A stretch of 64,000 nucleotides of DNA from Gemmatimonadota bacterium (GCA_038153405.1 JAYOYH010000011.1:47560-111559); one strand, 5' to 3'; counted from the stretch's first letter, positions 51,255 to 61,691 are shown. The notes: generated by a model not told the origin, from the letters alone. Numbers and translations are program-made.

Positions 51255-51463
51255 GAAGTAACCTGTGCTCCTTCGTCGGGTTCAACCGCTTCGGTGCCGT
51301 TGGGGAATACGCGCCAAAACTCTTTGCGAATTAGACCGGTAATCATCGCGCTCTTGCTCGTGCCGTGATAGCGCGCAATGGCATCCAACATGGCGTAGTC
51401 GCGGTCCGTAGCGGAGAACGTGCGAACTTTTGCTTTGTTTCCCTTGGGTTTAGCTGGCGGCAT
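51251..51463 (-). CDS. Ribbon-helix-helix (CopG-like) DNA-binding protein
   Basis: VRTFSA-TDRDYAMLDAIARYHG-TSKSAMITGLIRKEF; ATGA overlap with nadA. Confidence 0.7.
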   Translation of the reverse strand: MPPAKPKGNKAKVRTFSATDRDYAMLDAIARYHGTSKSAMITGLIRKEFWRVFPNGTEAVEPDEGAQVTS

Positions 51464-51465
51464 TT

Positions 51466-51535
51466 TTATACAATCGTTATATAATTTTTGATGAATACGT
51501 ACAGTTAACTTACATAATTATGACCGTGTCGTCAA
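51466..51535 (-). promoter_or_regulatory. Promoter and repeated operator-like sites for the RHH-nadA operon
   Basis: Minus strand TTGACG-17-TAAGTT; CATAATTATG palindrome in the spacer; three ttaYaYaat repeats. Confidence 0.6.
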
Positions 51536-51588
51536 TATTTTTTACGCGGATTTGCGCTGCCTGGAGCTGTTTTTAAAGCGAGGAACGC

Positions 51589-53025
51589 TCAGTCTGCTTT
51601 TTCACCCACCCGGTGCAGGCGCAGGGTGTTGGTCGTGCCCGGTCGATTGCTCGGCATGCCGGCCAGGAAGACCAGACTGTCTCCCACGCGAATGTGCTCT
51701 TCGCTCACCAACCGCTCTTCAACCACCTCAATCATGTCCTGCGTGCGTTCGACATAGGCCGAAAGGCGCGGCTCAACGCCCCAGTGCAGGCACAGTCGCC
51801 GCTGCACGCGCTCATTCGGCGTAAATGCATAAATGGGCGTCTGCGGACGCGACCTGGCGATGAGTTCGGCGCTGAAACCGGATTGGGTGAAGGCGACGAT
51901 GGCCGCCGCCTGGGTGTCGGCAGCTACCTGGCCTGCAGCCTCGGCAATGGCGTCGGAGAAGGAGAGCGGTGCAACTCGGCGCGCACGGCGGCGTTGCTCG
52001 GGTTGGGCGGCGACGTTGCGCTCGGCCTCACAGACGATGCGATCCATCATCCGCACGGCCTCAATGGGATACGCCCCCATAGCCGTTTCCCCGGACAGCA
52101 TGACGGCATCGGTGCCGTCGAATACGGCGTTGGCCACATCGGACGCCTCGGCCCGCGTCGGCCGCGGATTTTCAATCATGGATTCGAGCATTTGCGTCGC
52201 CGTTATCACCGGCTTGCCGACCGCAGTGCAGGCGCGGATAATGGTCTTCTGAATAAAGGGCACGCGCTCAGGCGACATTTCCACACCCAGATCGCCGCGC
52301 GCCACCATGACGGCATCGGTCGCATCGACAATCGCGTCGAGCGCTTTGATCGCCTGCGGCTTTTCCAACTTGGCCACCACGCACACATCGGCGTGCAGGC
52401 GCGCCAGTTCGACCTTTAATGCGATAATATCCGCCGCACTGCGCACGAACGACAGGGCCACCCAGTCGACGCCCTGCTCTACTCCAAAGGCCAAATCCGC
52501 CAGGTCCTTTTCCGTCATCGATGGCACGCTCAGTTCGGCACCGGGCAAGTTGATGCCAGCGCGCTGGCGCAGGTGGCCACCGTCGACCACAGTGCACGCG
52601 ACTTCCGTTTGGGTCACCTCGTCGACGACCAGGCGCAGCAGACCGTCGCTGAGCAGAATGTCGTCGCCTTCTCGGACATCGGCAGGCAGCGCTTTATACG
52701 TGGTCGATGCGCGCTCCGCATCGCCTTCTATATCTTCTGTAGTTAGGGTAAAGCGGGCGCCGCGGTGCAGGTCGACCGCGCCGTCTCGCAGCGTGCCCAA
52801 GCGAATTTTGGGACCCTGTAGATCCTGCAAAATGGCCAGCGGTCGGCCCATCTCGCCCGCGATGCGGCGCAGGTCGGCAATTACCCCCGCGTGGTCGGCG
52901 TGGCTGCCGTGCGAAAAATTCAAGCGCGCCACGTTCATACCCGCGCCAATCAGCTGGCGCAGCGCGTCCGGCGAACGGCTAGCCGGACCAATGGTGCATA
53001 CGATTTTGGCGCGTCGGATGGTCAT
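51589..53025 (-). CDS. pyk: Pyruvate kinase
   Basis: KIVCTIGPAS, RLNFSHG, MVARGDLGVE, TATQMLESM, MLSGETA. Confidence 0.97.
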   Translation of the reverse strand: MTIRRAKIVCTIGPASRSPDALRQLIGAGMNVARLNFSHGSHADHAGVIADLRRIAGEMGRPLAILQDLQGPKIRLGTLRDGAVDLHRGARFTLTTEDIEGDAERASTTYKALPADVREGDDILLSDGLLRLVVDEVTQTEVACTVVDGGHLRQRAGINLPGAELSVPSMTEKDLADLAFGVEQGVDWVALSFVRSAADIIALKVELARLHADVCVVAKLEKPQAIKALDAIVDATDAVMVARGDLGVEMSPERVPFIQKTIIRACTAVGKPVITATQMLESMIENPRPTRAEASDVANAVFDGTDAVMLSGETAMGAYPIEAVRMMDRIVCEAERNVAAQPEQRRRARRVAPLSFSDAIAEAAGQVAADTQAAAIVAFTQSGFSAELIARSRPQTPIYAFTPNERVQRRLCLHWGVEPRLSAYVERTQDMIEVVEERLVSEEHIRVGDSLVFLAGMPSNRPGTTNTLRLHRVGEKAD

Positions 53026-54248
53026 TACATCGCGGCAATGCGCGCCATAGCCTCGTCGATCTTGTCTCGGTGATTAAAGGCCGAAAGGCGAAAATAGCCT
53101 TCGCCGGCCGCGCCAAAGCCCGCGCCCGGCGTGCCAACGACGTTGACCTTTTCCAGCAGATGGTCAAAGAATCCCCAGCTATCGTGGCCCTCGGGCGTCC
53201 TCAACCAGAGGTACGGTGCGTGCACGCCACCGTAGACCTGTATTCCGGCCGCCGTCAGCTTTTCGCGCATGATAGAGGCATTTTCCAAATAGAACGCAAT
53301 AATTTCTTCAATCGCCCTTTTGCCTGCGGGCGAGTAGGCCGCTTCCGCACCGCGCTGCACGGGGTACGCCACGCCGTTAAACTTGGTGGAATGTCGGCGC
53401 GCCCACAGGCGGTGCAGGTCGACCGCCTCGCCGGCCTTGGTATAGCCCTGCAGCTCCTTGGGCACCACCGTATAGCCGCAGCGGATACCGGTGAAACCGG
53501 CATTTTTCGAGAACGAGCGAAACTCGATGGCCACCTCGCGTCCCCCCTCGACTTCGTAAATCGAATGCGGTATCGAATCGTCGGTTATGTAACCCTCGTA
53601 GGCCGAGTCGAATAGAATGATCGCCTTTTCCCGCTTGGCGTAGGCAATCCACTCGGCCAGCGCCTCGCGCGTCATCACTGTGCCAGTGGGGTTGTTGGGC
53701 GAGCACAGGTAAATGATATCGACGCTGCCGTTGGGCAGCGGCGGCGCAAAGCCGTTATCGGCCGTGCAAGGCAGGTAGACCATCCCTTCGTAGCGCCCGG
53801 CCTTGGACGCACCCGTGCGCCCGGCCATGACGTTGCTATCGCAATAGACCGGATAGACTGGATCGGTCAGCGCCACGGTGCAATCGCTGCCGAAGATCTC
53901 CTGGATGTTGCCCGAATCGCACTTGGCGCCGTCCGAGACAAAGACCTCGCTGAGATCGATCTGCACGCCGCGCGAGGCAAAATCGTTGTCGACGATGGCT
54001 TGGCGCAGCCAAAGCTGCCCCTGATCGGGCGGATAGCCCTGAAAGCTCTCGTCGTGCGCCATTTCTTCGACCGCGTCTTTCATCGCATCGACGATGGGGC
54101 GCGGAATACCCTTGACGACGTCGCCTATGCCTAGGCGAATGACGTCGGCCTGCGGGTTGGCCGCGACAAAGGCGTTGACGCGGCGTCCAATTTCGGGGAA
54201 TAGGTAACCGGCTGCTAGTTTGAGGTAATTCTCATTGATGTATGCCAT
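53025..54248 (-). CDS. dapL: LL-diaminopimelate aminotransferase
   Basis: [44 protein letters not shown]. Confidence 0.95.
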   Translation of the reverse strand: MAYINENYLKLAAGYLFPEIGRRVNAFVAANPQADVIRLGIGDVVKGIPRPIVDAMKDAVEEMAHDESFQGYPPDQGQLWLRQAIVDNDFASRGVQIDLSEVFVSDGAKCDSGNIQEIFGSDCTVALTDPVYPVYCDSNVMAGRTGASKAGRYEGMVYLPCTADNGFAPPLPNGSVDIIYLCSPNNPTGTVMTREALAEWIAYAKREKAIILFDSAYEGYITDDSIPHSIYEVEGGREVAIEFRSFSKNAGFTGIRCGYTVVPKELQGYTKAGEAVDLHRLWARRHSTKFNGVAYPVQRGAEAAYSPAGKRAIEEIIAFYLENASIMREKLTAAGIQVYGGVHAPYLWLRTPEGHDSWGFFDHLLEKVNVVGTPGAGFGAAGEGYFRLSAFNHRDKIDEAMARIAAM

Positions 54249-54340
54249 GGTATTTATTTTCTTCCTCTAATTGAAGATTGACGCGTATTCTGTGCGGCAA
54301 AATCTAACGCAGCATTTCCTTTACATCAAGCGAGTACACT

Positions 54341-55300
54341 ATGGACATCAGTTTTATGACCAGCGCCGGCGAAGAGGGTAATTGGAGCTTAGACGAGTGC
54401 GCGCGCTGGGCACGGGAAAACGAATTTGACTGCGTGCGCCTAGCCGACAGGGGCGCACTCGATTCGCAGAAAATAATCGACGGCGGCGCCGCCCAAGTGC
54501 GCGATGCGCTGGCGCGGCACGACGTATACCTGTCCTGCATTACTGCGCACCACAATCTGCTCGACGACGACGAGAACGCCGCCCGCGCCGAGCAGGAGCG
54601 CCTCATAAAAGCCATCCAATCGGCGCGCGCTCTAGAGTGCCCAGTAATTATCACCAGCAGTGGATCGCCCGTGCGCAACGGACAATTCTACGGCATGTTT
54701 TCCTCGCCTCCGGGCAATCCCTCCGATCGCTCCGACGAACTGGTAGAGCGCTTTCGCATCATGTTTGCACCGGTGATGGAAGTGGCCGAAGACCTCGATA
54801 TCAAGGTCTCGCTCGACGTGGCCGTGCGCATGGGACAGATCGGCTGCAACCCGGAGATGTGGGAAAAGATTCTCGACGCCGTTCCCTCGCCCCACCTCGG
54901 CCTGTCCTGCGACCCTTCGCACTGGCTGTGGATGGGCATGCTGCCCGCCGAAGACGTCATCCGCGACTTTGCCGGAAAATGGTACTTCGCCGACGTCAAG
55001 GACTGCGAGATCAGCGAGCGCATGCGCTACCGCCAGGGCATTATCGGCAACTGGTGGTGGCAGTATCGAGTGCCCGGCCGCGGCCAGCTCAACTGGGCCA
55101 CCATTATCGGCGCCCTGCTCGAATCGGGATACAGCTACGTGCTATGCGTCGAAAACGAGGATCGCGGCTTTCCCGGCCTCGAGGGTTTTGCCTATGGCGG
55201 CAAGCATCTGCGCCAGTTTCTGCCGCCCAGAGGCACCGACTATGCGCGCCCGTCGCTGCCCTGGAAAACGAGCTCATGGGAGCGACGCGCGGACGGTTGA
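54341..55300 (+). CDS. Sugar phosphate isomerase/epimerase TIM-barrel protein
   Basis: LGLSCDPSH, DVKD, YRVPGRG.LNW, CVENED. Confidence 0.8.
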   Translation: MDISFMTSAGEEGNWSLDECARWARENEFDCVRLADRGALDSQKIIDGGAAQVRDALARHDVYLSCITAHHNLLDDDENAARAEQERLIKAIQSARALECPVIITSSGSPVRNGQFYGMFSSPPGNPSDRSDELVERFRIMFAPVMEVAEDLDIKVSLDVAVRMGQIGCNPEMWEKILDAVPSPHLGLSCDPSHWLWMGMLPAEDVIRDFAGKWYFADVKDCEISERMRYRQGIIGNWWWQYRVPGRGQLNWATIIGALLESGYSYVLCVENEDRGFPGLEGFAYGGKHLRQFLPPRGTDYARPSLPWKTSSWERRADG

Positions 55301-55304
55301 TGCC

Positions 55305-55332
55305 TTGACTTCGGAGCGTATTGCGCTATCCT
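55305..55332 (+). promoter_or_regulatory. sigma70-type promoter of the glnS leader
   Basis: TTGACT-16-TATCCT. Confidence 0.6.
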
Positions 55333-55368
55333 TAGGTGCACTACACGATCGACATTGAGCCAAGTACT

Positions 55369-55428
55369 ATGCCCATCCGCCAACAGCAGCGACAGCAAAA
55401 GCGATTGCCAATACCCGTCGGCGGATAG
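55369..55428 (+). CDS. Gln-rich attenuator leader peptide MPIRQQQRQQKRLPIPVGG
   Basis: ATG CCC ATC CGC CAA CAG CAG CGA CAG CAA AAG ... GGA TAG; 5 Gln in 6 codons directly upstream of glnS; SD is weak. Confidence 0.75.
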   Translation: MPIRQQQRQQKRLPIPVGG

Positions 55429-55459
55429 TCCAGTGCACGAACAAACCACATTACGAGAC

Positions 55460-55496
55460 AAACCCGCTGCCGATTCCGCGCAGCGGGTTTTTATTT
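55460..55496 (+). terminator. Attenuator terminator in the glnS leader
   Basis: AAACCCGCTGC-9 nt-GCAGCGGGTTT-TTATTT. Confidence 0.85.
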
Positions 55497-55548
55497 GGGC
55501 CAAGCGCCAACCCTGCGCGGAGTCGGCGCGGCCGGTAAGCGAGGAACT

Positions 55549-57264
55549 ATGAGCGACGCGAAGACAGATCGCGACAGCGAGCAAGGCGGCAATGAAGCAG
55601 GGCGCGACTTTCTGCGCGAAGAGATCGATGGCGACCTCAACAGCGGGCGCTACAAAGCCGTCGTCACCCGCTTTCCCCCCGAACCCAACGCCTATATGAC
55701 GATCGGCAACGCCAAGGCCATTTGCATTAACTTCGGCATTGCCGCCGAGTATGGCGGCCGCTGTCATCTGCGCTTTGACGACACCAACCCGGCGCGCGAA
55801 GAACAGGAATTCGTCGATGCCATAAGGGAGGATATCCGCTGGCTCGGCTTCGACTGGGGCCAGCACGAATATTACGCATCGGACTACTTCCCCCAACTCT
55901 ACGACTGGGCCGTCGCCCTGATCAGAAAGGGCCTAGCCTACGTAGATGACCAGTCGCCCGACGAGATCCGCGCCAACCGCGGCACGCTCACCGAACCGGG
56001 CACCAACAGCCCCAACCGCGAGCGCACGATCGAGGAGAATCTCGACCTCTTCGAGCGCATGAAAAAAGGTGAGTTCCCCGACGGTGCGAAGGTGCTGCGC
56101 GCCAAAATCGATATGACCTCCGCCAATATCAACCTGCGCGACCCCGTCATGTATCGCATTCTGCACATGCACCACCACCGCAGCGGCGACCAGTGGTGCA
56201 TTTACCCGATGTACGATTGGGCGCACGGTCAGAGCGATTCACTCGAGGGCATCACCCACTCAATGTGCTCGTACGAATTTGCCAACAACCGCCCGCTCTA
56301 CGAGTGGTTTATCGAACAGTTGGGCATTTTTCCATCGCGCCAGATCGAGTTTGCGCGCGGCAACATAACGTATACCGCGCTGTCCAAGCGCTATATACGC
56401 GAGATGATGGAAAAGGGCATTATCAGCGACTGGGACGATCCGCGCACCTACACGCTGCGCGGCCTGCGCCGCTTGGGTTGTCCGCCCGAAGCCGTGCGCC
56501 GCTTCTGGCGCGAAGTGGGCATAGCCAAGCGCGACAACAACATCGATATCGCCCTGCTCGAGTACTGCATGCGCGACCAACTCAACAAAACGGCGCCGCG
56601 CCGCATGGCCGTTCTGCGCCCCTTAAAAGTCGTCATTGAAAACTATTCAGAGGGCGATGGGGAACTGCTCGAGGCCGTCAACAACCCGGAAGACGAAAGC
56701 GCGGGCACGCGCCAAGTGCCCTTTTCGCGCGAACTGTACATTGAGCGCGAGGACTTTATGGAGGATCCGCCCCGCAAGTTCTTCCGCCTGGCACCCGGGC
56801 GCGAAGTGCGCCTGCGCTATGCCTACTTTATCACTTGCACCGAGGTGGTGAAAGACGCAAGTGGCGAGGTCGTCGAACTGCGCTGCACCTACGACCCGGC
56901 TACGCGCGGCGGCGATGCCCCCGACGGCCGCAAGGTGAAAGCCACGCTGCATTGGGTCTCTGCTCAGCATGCTACCCAAGCAGAAGTGCGGCTCTATGAT
57001 CGCCTATTCAAGGTGGAAAACCCGCGTAAATTTGCCGAGGGCGGCAGCATTATCGACAATGTAAATCCGGACTCGCTTGAAATCATTTCGCCGGCCTATC
57101 TGGAGCCCGCCCTAGCCGAAGCGGCGCCGGGCGACGCCTTCCAGTTCGAGCGCATTGGCTATTTCTGTGCCGACGCCAAAGACCACACCGGGGAACGGCC
57201 TGTATTCAATCGCACGGTCACGCTGCGCGACACCTGGGCGCGCGTTCAAAAACAAGACGCCTAG
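55549..57264 (+). CDS. glnS: Glutaminyl-tRNA synthetase with non-canonical signature motif
   Basis: [57 protein letters not shown]. Confidence 0.93.
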   Translation: MSDAKTDRDSEQGGNEAGRDFLREEIDGDLNSGRYKAVVTRFPPEPNAYMTIGNAKAICINFGIAAEYGGRCHLRFDDTNPAREEQEFVDAIREDIRWLGFDWGQHEYYASDYFPQLYDWAVALIRKGLAYVDDQSPDEIRANRGTLTEPGTNSPNRERTIEENLDLFERMKKGEFPDGAKVLRAKIDMTSANINLRDPVMYRILHMHHHRSGDQWCIYPMYDWAHGQSDSLEGITHSMCSYEFANNRPLYEWFIEQLGIFPSRQIEFARGNITYTALSKRYIREMMEKGIISDWDDPRTYTLRGLRRLGCPPEAVRRFWREVGIAKRDNNIDIALLEYCMRDQLNKTAPRRMAVLRPLKVVIENYSEGDGELLEAVNNPEDESAGTRQVPFSRELYIEREDFMEDPPRKFFRLAPGREVRLRYAYFITCTEVVKDASGEVVELRCTYDPATRGGDAPDGRKVKATLHWVSAQHATQAEVRLYDRLFKVENPRKFAEGGSIIDNVNPDSLEIISPAYLEPALAEAAPGDAFQFERIGYFCADAKDHTGERPVFNRTVTLRDTWARVQKQDA

Positions 57265-57270
57265 CGATCG

Positions 57271-57334
57271 AAACGCAGAGGGCAGAAGCGGCTCAGGTTA
57301 GCAAGGACCAAAGCCGTTTCTGCACTCTGCGTTT
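57271..57334. terminator. Long hairpin between convergent glnS and gltX
   Basis: aaacgcagagggcagaagcggct / agccgtttctgcactctgcgttt. Confidence 0.7.
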
Positions 57335-57399
57335 ACAGCGGCGCTGTTGACGCGCGCCAAGGGCCGCATTCCGTCCAACGCCTACCGCACGACCAGCAC

Positions 57400-58893
57400 C
57401 TAAGAAGCGGGCTGGGACGGCCTCCACTCCTTCTCCAACTTGGCTGCCTTCTTTTTCGATAACCCACCCAGCGCGTTGATCGCCTGCAGCAGGCGCATGC
57501 GCACGATGTCTTGTCCCAATAAATGCGCGGTGTCAAAGAGCGGAGGGCCGACGCGCGATCCGACGAGCGCAGCCGTCAGCGGAACCGTTACGTCGCGCAC
57601 TGGCCAAGACCAGTATTCGGCAATGGAGCGCACGGCCAACTCGATGGGCTCGCGATTCCAATCCAACAGGGCATCTAGGGTCCAGATGGCCGTTTGCAGC
57701 ATCTCAACCACCTCTTCCTGCGTGCGTTTTTTGGGCACCAAATCGTCGGCGACAGGGAAAACTTCACGCGCCCAAAAAAATGCCGCCTTCGGCATGAAAT
57801 CGCCCAGTGTTTCCATGCGCTGCTGCAGCAGCGGCACGATCTGCGCGACAAATTCGTCGTTGAGCATCCACGCCTTCAACTCGCCCAGCACCTGCTCTGC
57901 CGTGCGCTCTTCACGCAGATAGCGCCCGTTGAGCCAGTTGAGCTTTTCCAAGTCGAAAATCGACCCCCCGAGATTAATTCGATCGGCATCGAAGTGCTCG
58001 GTGAGCTGCTCAAGGCTAAACTTCTCCTCCTCGCCCAGCGGAGGATAGGCCATGAGCGCCAGATAGTTGAGCAGCGCATCGCTGAGGTAACCGGCGCGGC
58101 GGTAATACTCGATAGATGTCGGATTGCGCCGCTTTGACATTTTAGTGCCATCGGGGTTGAGCAAGAGAGGCAGGTGCATGTATTCGGGCGGCGGCCAGCC
58201 AAAGGCCTCGTAGAGCACTAGGTGCTTGGGCGTAGAGGTAATCCACTCCTCGCCGCGGATCACATGCGTAATGCGCATGTGATGGTCGTCGACGACAGCG
58301 GCCAAGTGATAGGTGGGAAAGCCGTCCGACTTTAACAGCACCTGATCGTCGGATTGGGCGTAGTCCAATGCAACAGTACCGCGCAGGCGATCGCGCACAA
58401 TACAGGTACCTTGCCGCGGCATCTTGAGGCGGATCACGTGCGCTTCACCGCTAGCCACCCTCCTGCCAACTTCGTCCTTGTCCAAGTGTATACAGTGGCG
58501 ATCGTAGCCCAGACGCCCTTTGTTCTGCGACTGCTCGGCGCGCAGGGCGGCCAGGCGCTCGGCCGAGCAAAAGCAGGGGTAGGCGTGCCCCGCGTCGACC
58601 AATTGGTCGACGTGCTGGCGATACAACGCCAAGCGCTCGCTCTGGCGATAGGGGCCGTAGGGGCCTCCGACATCCGGCCCCTCGTCCCACTCTAATCCGA
58701 TCCAGCGCAGCGACTGTATCAGCGCCTCTTCGTACTCTCTGCGCGACCGCGTCTGATCCGTGTCTTCGATGCGCAGAACAAACTGTCCGCCGTACTTCTT
58801 GACGTAGAGCAGGTCGAACAGACCCTGGTAGGCCGTTCCCACGTGAGTGGGCCCCGTCGGCGAGGGCGCCAGACGCACGCGAACTTCGCTCAT
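57400..58893 (-). CDS. gltX: Glutamyl-tRNA synthetase
   Basis: [40 protein letters not shown]. Confidence 0.96.
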   Translation of the reverse strand: MSEVRVRLAPSPTGPTHVGTAYQGLFDLLYVKKYGGQFVLRIEDTDQTRSRREYEEALIQSLRWIGLEWDEGPDVGGPYGPYRQSERLALYRQHVDQLVDAGHAYPCFCSAERLAALRAEQSQNKGRLGYDRHCIHLDKDEVGRRVASGEAHVIRLKMPRQGTCIVRDRLRGTVALDYAQSDDQVLLKSDGFPTYHLAAVVDDHHMRITHVIRGEEWITSTPKHLVLYEAFGWPPPEYMHLPLLLNPDGTKMSKRRNPTSIEYYRRAGYLSDALLNYLALMAYPPLGEEEKFSLEQLTEHFDADRINLGGSIFDLEKLNWLNGRYLREERTAEQVLGELKAWMLNDEFVAQIVPLLQQRMETLGDFMPKAAFFWAREVFPVADDLVPKKRTQEEVVEMLQTAIWTLDALLDWNREPIELAVRSIAEYWSWPVRDVTVPLTAALVGSRVGPPLFDTAHLLGQDIVRMRLLQAINALGGLSKKKAAKLEKEWRPSQPAS

Positions 58894-59109
58894 AATCGAC
58901 TTCCTCTCGAGTGTAAAACCAGCTTAGACAAAGAATTAAAAAGTAAGGAGTTCCTCGCCAAACGCAACGCGTTGGGTTTGCATTATTCGCCCCCATACGT
59001 CATCTTAAGTGCATAACATGCTATATGTTCCGCCTCTCGAAGATCGCCGCATCGCTCCCATATCAGCGCCTCCTCGATAGCGACAACGCCCCATTATTGA
59101 AAGGGTTAT

Positions 59110-60330
59110 ATGCTCTTTAGAGAATTAGACCTACCTGCCGCTGTGCTCAAAGCCCTCAATGAGATGGGCTACGAGGAGACCACACCCATCCAGGAAAAGA
59201 CGCTGCCCCATATTTTAGCTGGCAAAGACGTACTCGGCCTGGCCGAGACCGGTTCGGGTAAAACCAGCGCCTGCGCCATTCCACTGGTCTCGAAAATAGA
59301 CGAGGAAAATCGCGGCATTCAGGTGCTCATTCTCGTTCCCACACGCGAACTAGCGCTGCAGTACGTGCAGGAGGTCGACGAAGTATCCAAACACTCCGGT
59401 GTCGTTCCCTTTGCCGTATTTGGCGGATTCGACATGGATATTCAGAAGGCCAAACTCAAGCACGGCGTGCACATTCTGGTAGCCACGCCCGGACGGCTAA
59501 TCGACCTCATATGGAACCACCGCCTCGACCTGACGCAGGTCAAGAGCGTCGTGCTCGACGAAGCCGATGAAATGCTAAAAATGGGCTTTATCGAAGACGT
59601 GGATTTCATCATGTCCTGCATGATGCAAGAGCACCAGACGCTGCTGTTTTCGGCGACTATGCCCAAAGAGGTCGAACGCCTGACGCAGCAGTACCTGCGC
59701 GATCCCGAACGCATTGAGCTCAACCGCGATCAGCGCGCACCGCAGTCGCTCAAGCACTACTTTCAGCACGTCGGTCGCAACCGCGTCGATGCCCTCGTCG
59801 AATACGTCGAAGCCAACGACGTCAAACAGGCCATCATTTTCTGCAACTCGCGCGACAAGGCATCGGAACTACTCAACAGCTTACAGAAACGCGTTCGCTC
59901 GCTGGAGATCATCCACGGCGGCTTGGACCAAGATCGCCGCACGTCGATTTTTCGCCGCTTTCGCCAGAAGAAGGTCCGCTTTATGATCGCCACTGACGTG
60001 GCGGGACGCGGCCTCGATTTCAGCCACGTAACCCACGTCATCAACTACGACTTTCCCTTTAATCCAGAAATTTACACGCACCGCACGGGGCGCGCCGGAC
60101 GCATGGGTCGCGAGGGCGTGGCCATCACCTTTGTCGGCGACCGCGACATGACCGACCTCAAGCGCCTGTTTCGCTCGTATCCCATCGAAGCGCACTGGGT
60201 CGGCGAAGAACCCAACCTCGACGCCGTGCGCGCCAAAAGCAACGGACGCGGGCGCGGAGCCGGACAGCGGCGCGGCAGGAGTGGAAAGAGCCGAAAAACC
60301 CAACCAGCGCCTAGCGCACCACCCGTATAA
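59110..60330 (+). CDS. DEAD-box RNA helicase
   Basis: ETGSGKT, PTRELA, LDEADEM, SAT, HRTGRAGR. Confidence 0.95.
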   Translation: MLFRELDLPAAVLKALNEMGYEETTPIQEKTLPHILAGKDVLGLAETGSGKTSACAIPLVSKIDEENRGIQVLILVPTRELALQYVQEVDEVSKHSGVVPFAVFGGFDMDIQKAKLKHGVHILVATPGRLIDLIWNHRLDLTQVKSVVLDEADEMLKMGFIEDVDFIMSCMMQEHQTLLFSATMPKEVERLTQQYLRDPERIELNRDQRAPQSLKHYFQHVGRNRVDALVEYVEANDVKQAIIFCNSRDKASELLNSLQKRVRSLEIIHGGLDQDRRTSIFRRFRQKKVRFMIATDVAGRGLDFSHVTHVINYDFPFNPEIYTHRTGRAGRMGREGVAITFVGDRDMTDLKRLFRSYPIEAHWVGEEPNLDAVRAKSNGRGRGAGQRRGRSGKSRKTQPAPSAPPV

Positions 60331-60364
60331 CGATTGCACTACACCCAAAACCAAGGAGTCCATT

Positions 60365-60850
60365 GTGCACATTGCCGACAACAGCGTCGTAACCATACAC
60401 TATACGTTGACCAATGACGCGGGCGAAATGGTAGACACATCCGATGGCCGCGAACCGCTAGTCTATCTACACGGCGCGCAAAACATTATACCCGGCTTGG
60501 AAAACGAGCTCGCGGGCAAAGCCGTCGGAGATTCTTTTAACGTCACGATCCAACCTGAAGACGCCTATGGCATCTCCAATCCCGAACTGGTGCAAACGGT
60601 GCCGCACAGCGCGTTTGACGGGGTCGAAAAAGTCGAACCTGGCATGCAGTTCCAGGCGCGCGGCGACGACGGCAATACGCAGATGATCACCGTCACCGAG
60701 GTCGGCGAAAGCGGCGTTACCGTCGATGGCAACCATCCACTGGCCGGACAGGTGCTCAACTTCTCCGTAAGCGTCGAGGAAGTCCGCGAAGCCAGCCAGG
60801 AAGAACTCGAGCACGGTCACGTGCACGGCCCCGGCGGCCATCACCACTAA
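60365..60850 (+). CDS. slyD: FKBP-type peptidyl-prolyl isomerase SlyD
   Basis: AAGGAG + GTG start; IIPGLE, PEDAYG, DGNHPLAG, HGHVHGPGGHHH. Confidence 0.92.
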   Translation: MHIADNSVVTIHYTLTNDAGEMVDTSDGREPLVYLHGAQNIIPGLENELAGKAVGDSFNVTIQPEDAYGISNPELVQTVPHSAFDGVEKVEPGMQFQARGDDGNTQMITVTEVGESGVTVDGNHPLAGQVLNFSVSVEEVREASQEELEHGHVHGPGGHHH

Positions 60851-60863
60851 AACTGCACGGGCT

Positions 60864-61610
60864 GTGCGCGCTGAGACCGCCGTCGAAATCTGCATTGACG
60901 CCAGCGTCCATAGCGATGCAGAGCGCTCGCTGCGCGCCGCCTGGACAGGCGGCGCCGATCGCGTTGAAGTCTGCGCGTCCATGGACGTCGGCGGCCTGAC
61001 ACCCGATAGCCAGCGCATACGGCTAGCCCGCTCCATTTTTGTCGACCGCCCCGGAGTCATATGCATGATTCGACCCCGGGGCGGCGATTTTTTTTATAGC
61101 CCAGCCGAAATCGGCACCATGTCGGTCCACATCGAGAAGGCTGCCGAATACGGGGCCGACGGCGTGGCGCTGGGTGCTCTGCGGCCGTCGGACAGCCAAC
61201 TCGACACCGAAGCCATGCAGCGCTTGACGGACCGCGCCCATGCCCTGGGTCTGGCCGTGACCCTACACCGGGCGTTCGACGCTACCCCCGACCGCTCGGC
61301 AGCGCTAGATAAGGCCATTGCGCTGGGCGTGCAGCGCGTGCTGAGCAGCGGCACGACCTGGGGTAGCGACGACGGGGCGCTAGCCGGATTGGCCACGTTA
61401 GAGCGACTCTGCACTCAGGCTCGTGGGCGTTTAGAGATCATCGCCGCCGGCGGCATCAGCCCCCAAAATACTCAAGCGATTGTACGCGCACTGAGTGCTT
61501 CGAAAACGCGCGTGAGCGTACACGCCTTCTCTGGCGCATCTGACCGAGGAGCAACGTCTGCCACCCTCGTCGAAGCCATAAAGCACGCGGCGAATACCGA
61601 CCACCCGTAG
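60864..61610 (+). CDS. cutC: Copper homeostasis protein CutC
   Basis: VEIC, GADRVEVC, GGLTP, MIRPRGGDF, TLHRAFD, RVLSSG. Confidence 0.9.
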   Translation: MRAETAVEICIDASVHSDAERSLRAAWTGGADRVEVCASMDVGGLTPDSQRIRLARSIFVDRPGVICMIRPRGGDFFYSPAEIGTMSVHIEKAAEYGADGVALGALRPSDSQLDTEAMQRLTDRAHALGLAVTLHRAFDATPDRSAALDKAIALGVQRVLSSGTTWGSDDGALAGLATLERLCTQARGRLEIIAAGGISPQNTQAIVRALSASKTRVSVHAFSGASDRGATSATLVEAIKHAANTDHP

Positions 61611-61657
61611 AGGCGCACGCGCAGACCGTTGCGCCATCCCAGCATTTTCTTCGCTCC

Positions 61658-61686
61658 TTGACATATATACATATGTTCACTATACT
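61658..61686 (+). promoter_or_regulatory. Near-consensus sigma70 promoter with inverted repeat in the spacer
   Basis: TTGACA-17-TATACT; ACATAT-atac-ATATGT. Confidence 0.75.
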
Positions 61687-61691
61687 GAAGG

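Noticed and set aside
55333..55548. T-box riboswitch upstream of glnS
   Set aside because: No T-box consensus (GGUGGNACC) seen before the terminator; a translated Gln-rich uORF explains the leader better
55355..55552. 65-aa ORF in the track and the N-terminal glnS extension from 55495
   Set aside because: TTG starts without a clear RBS, overlapping the terminator; ATG 55549 has a GAGG RBS
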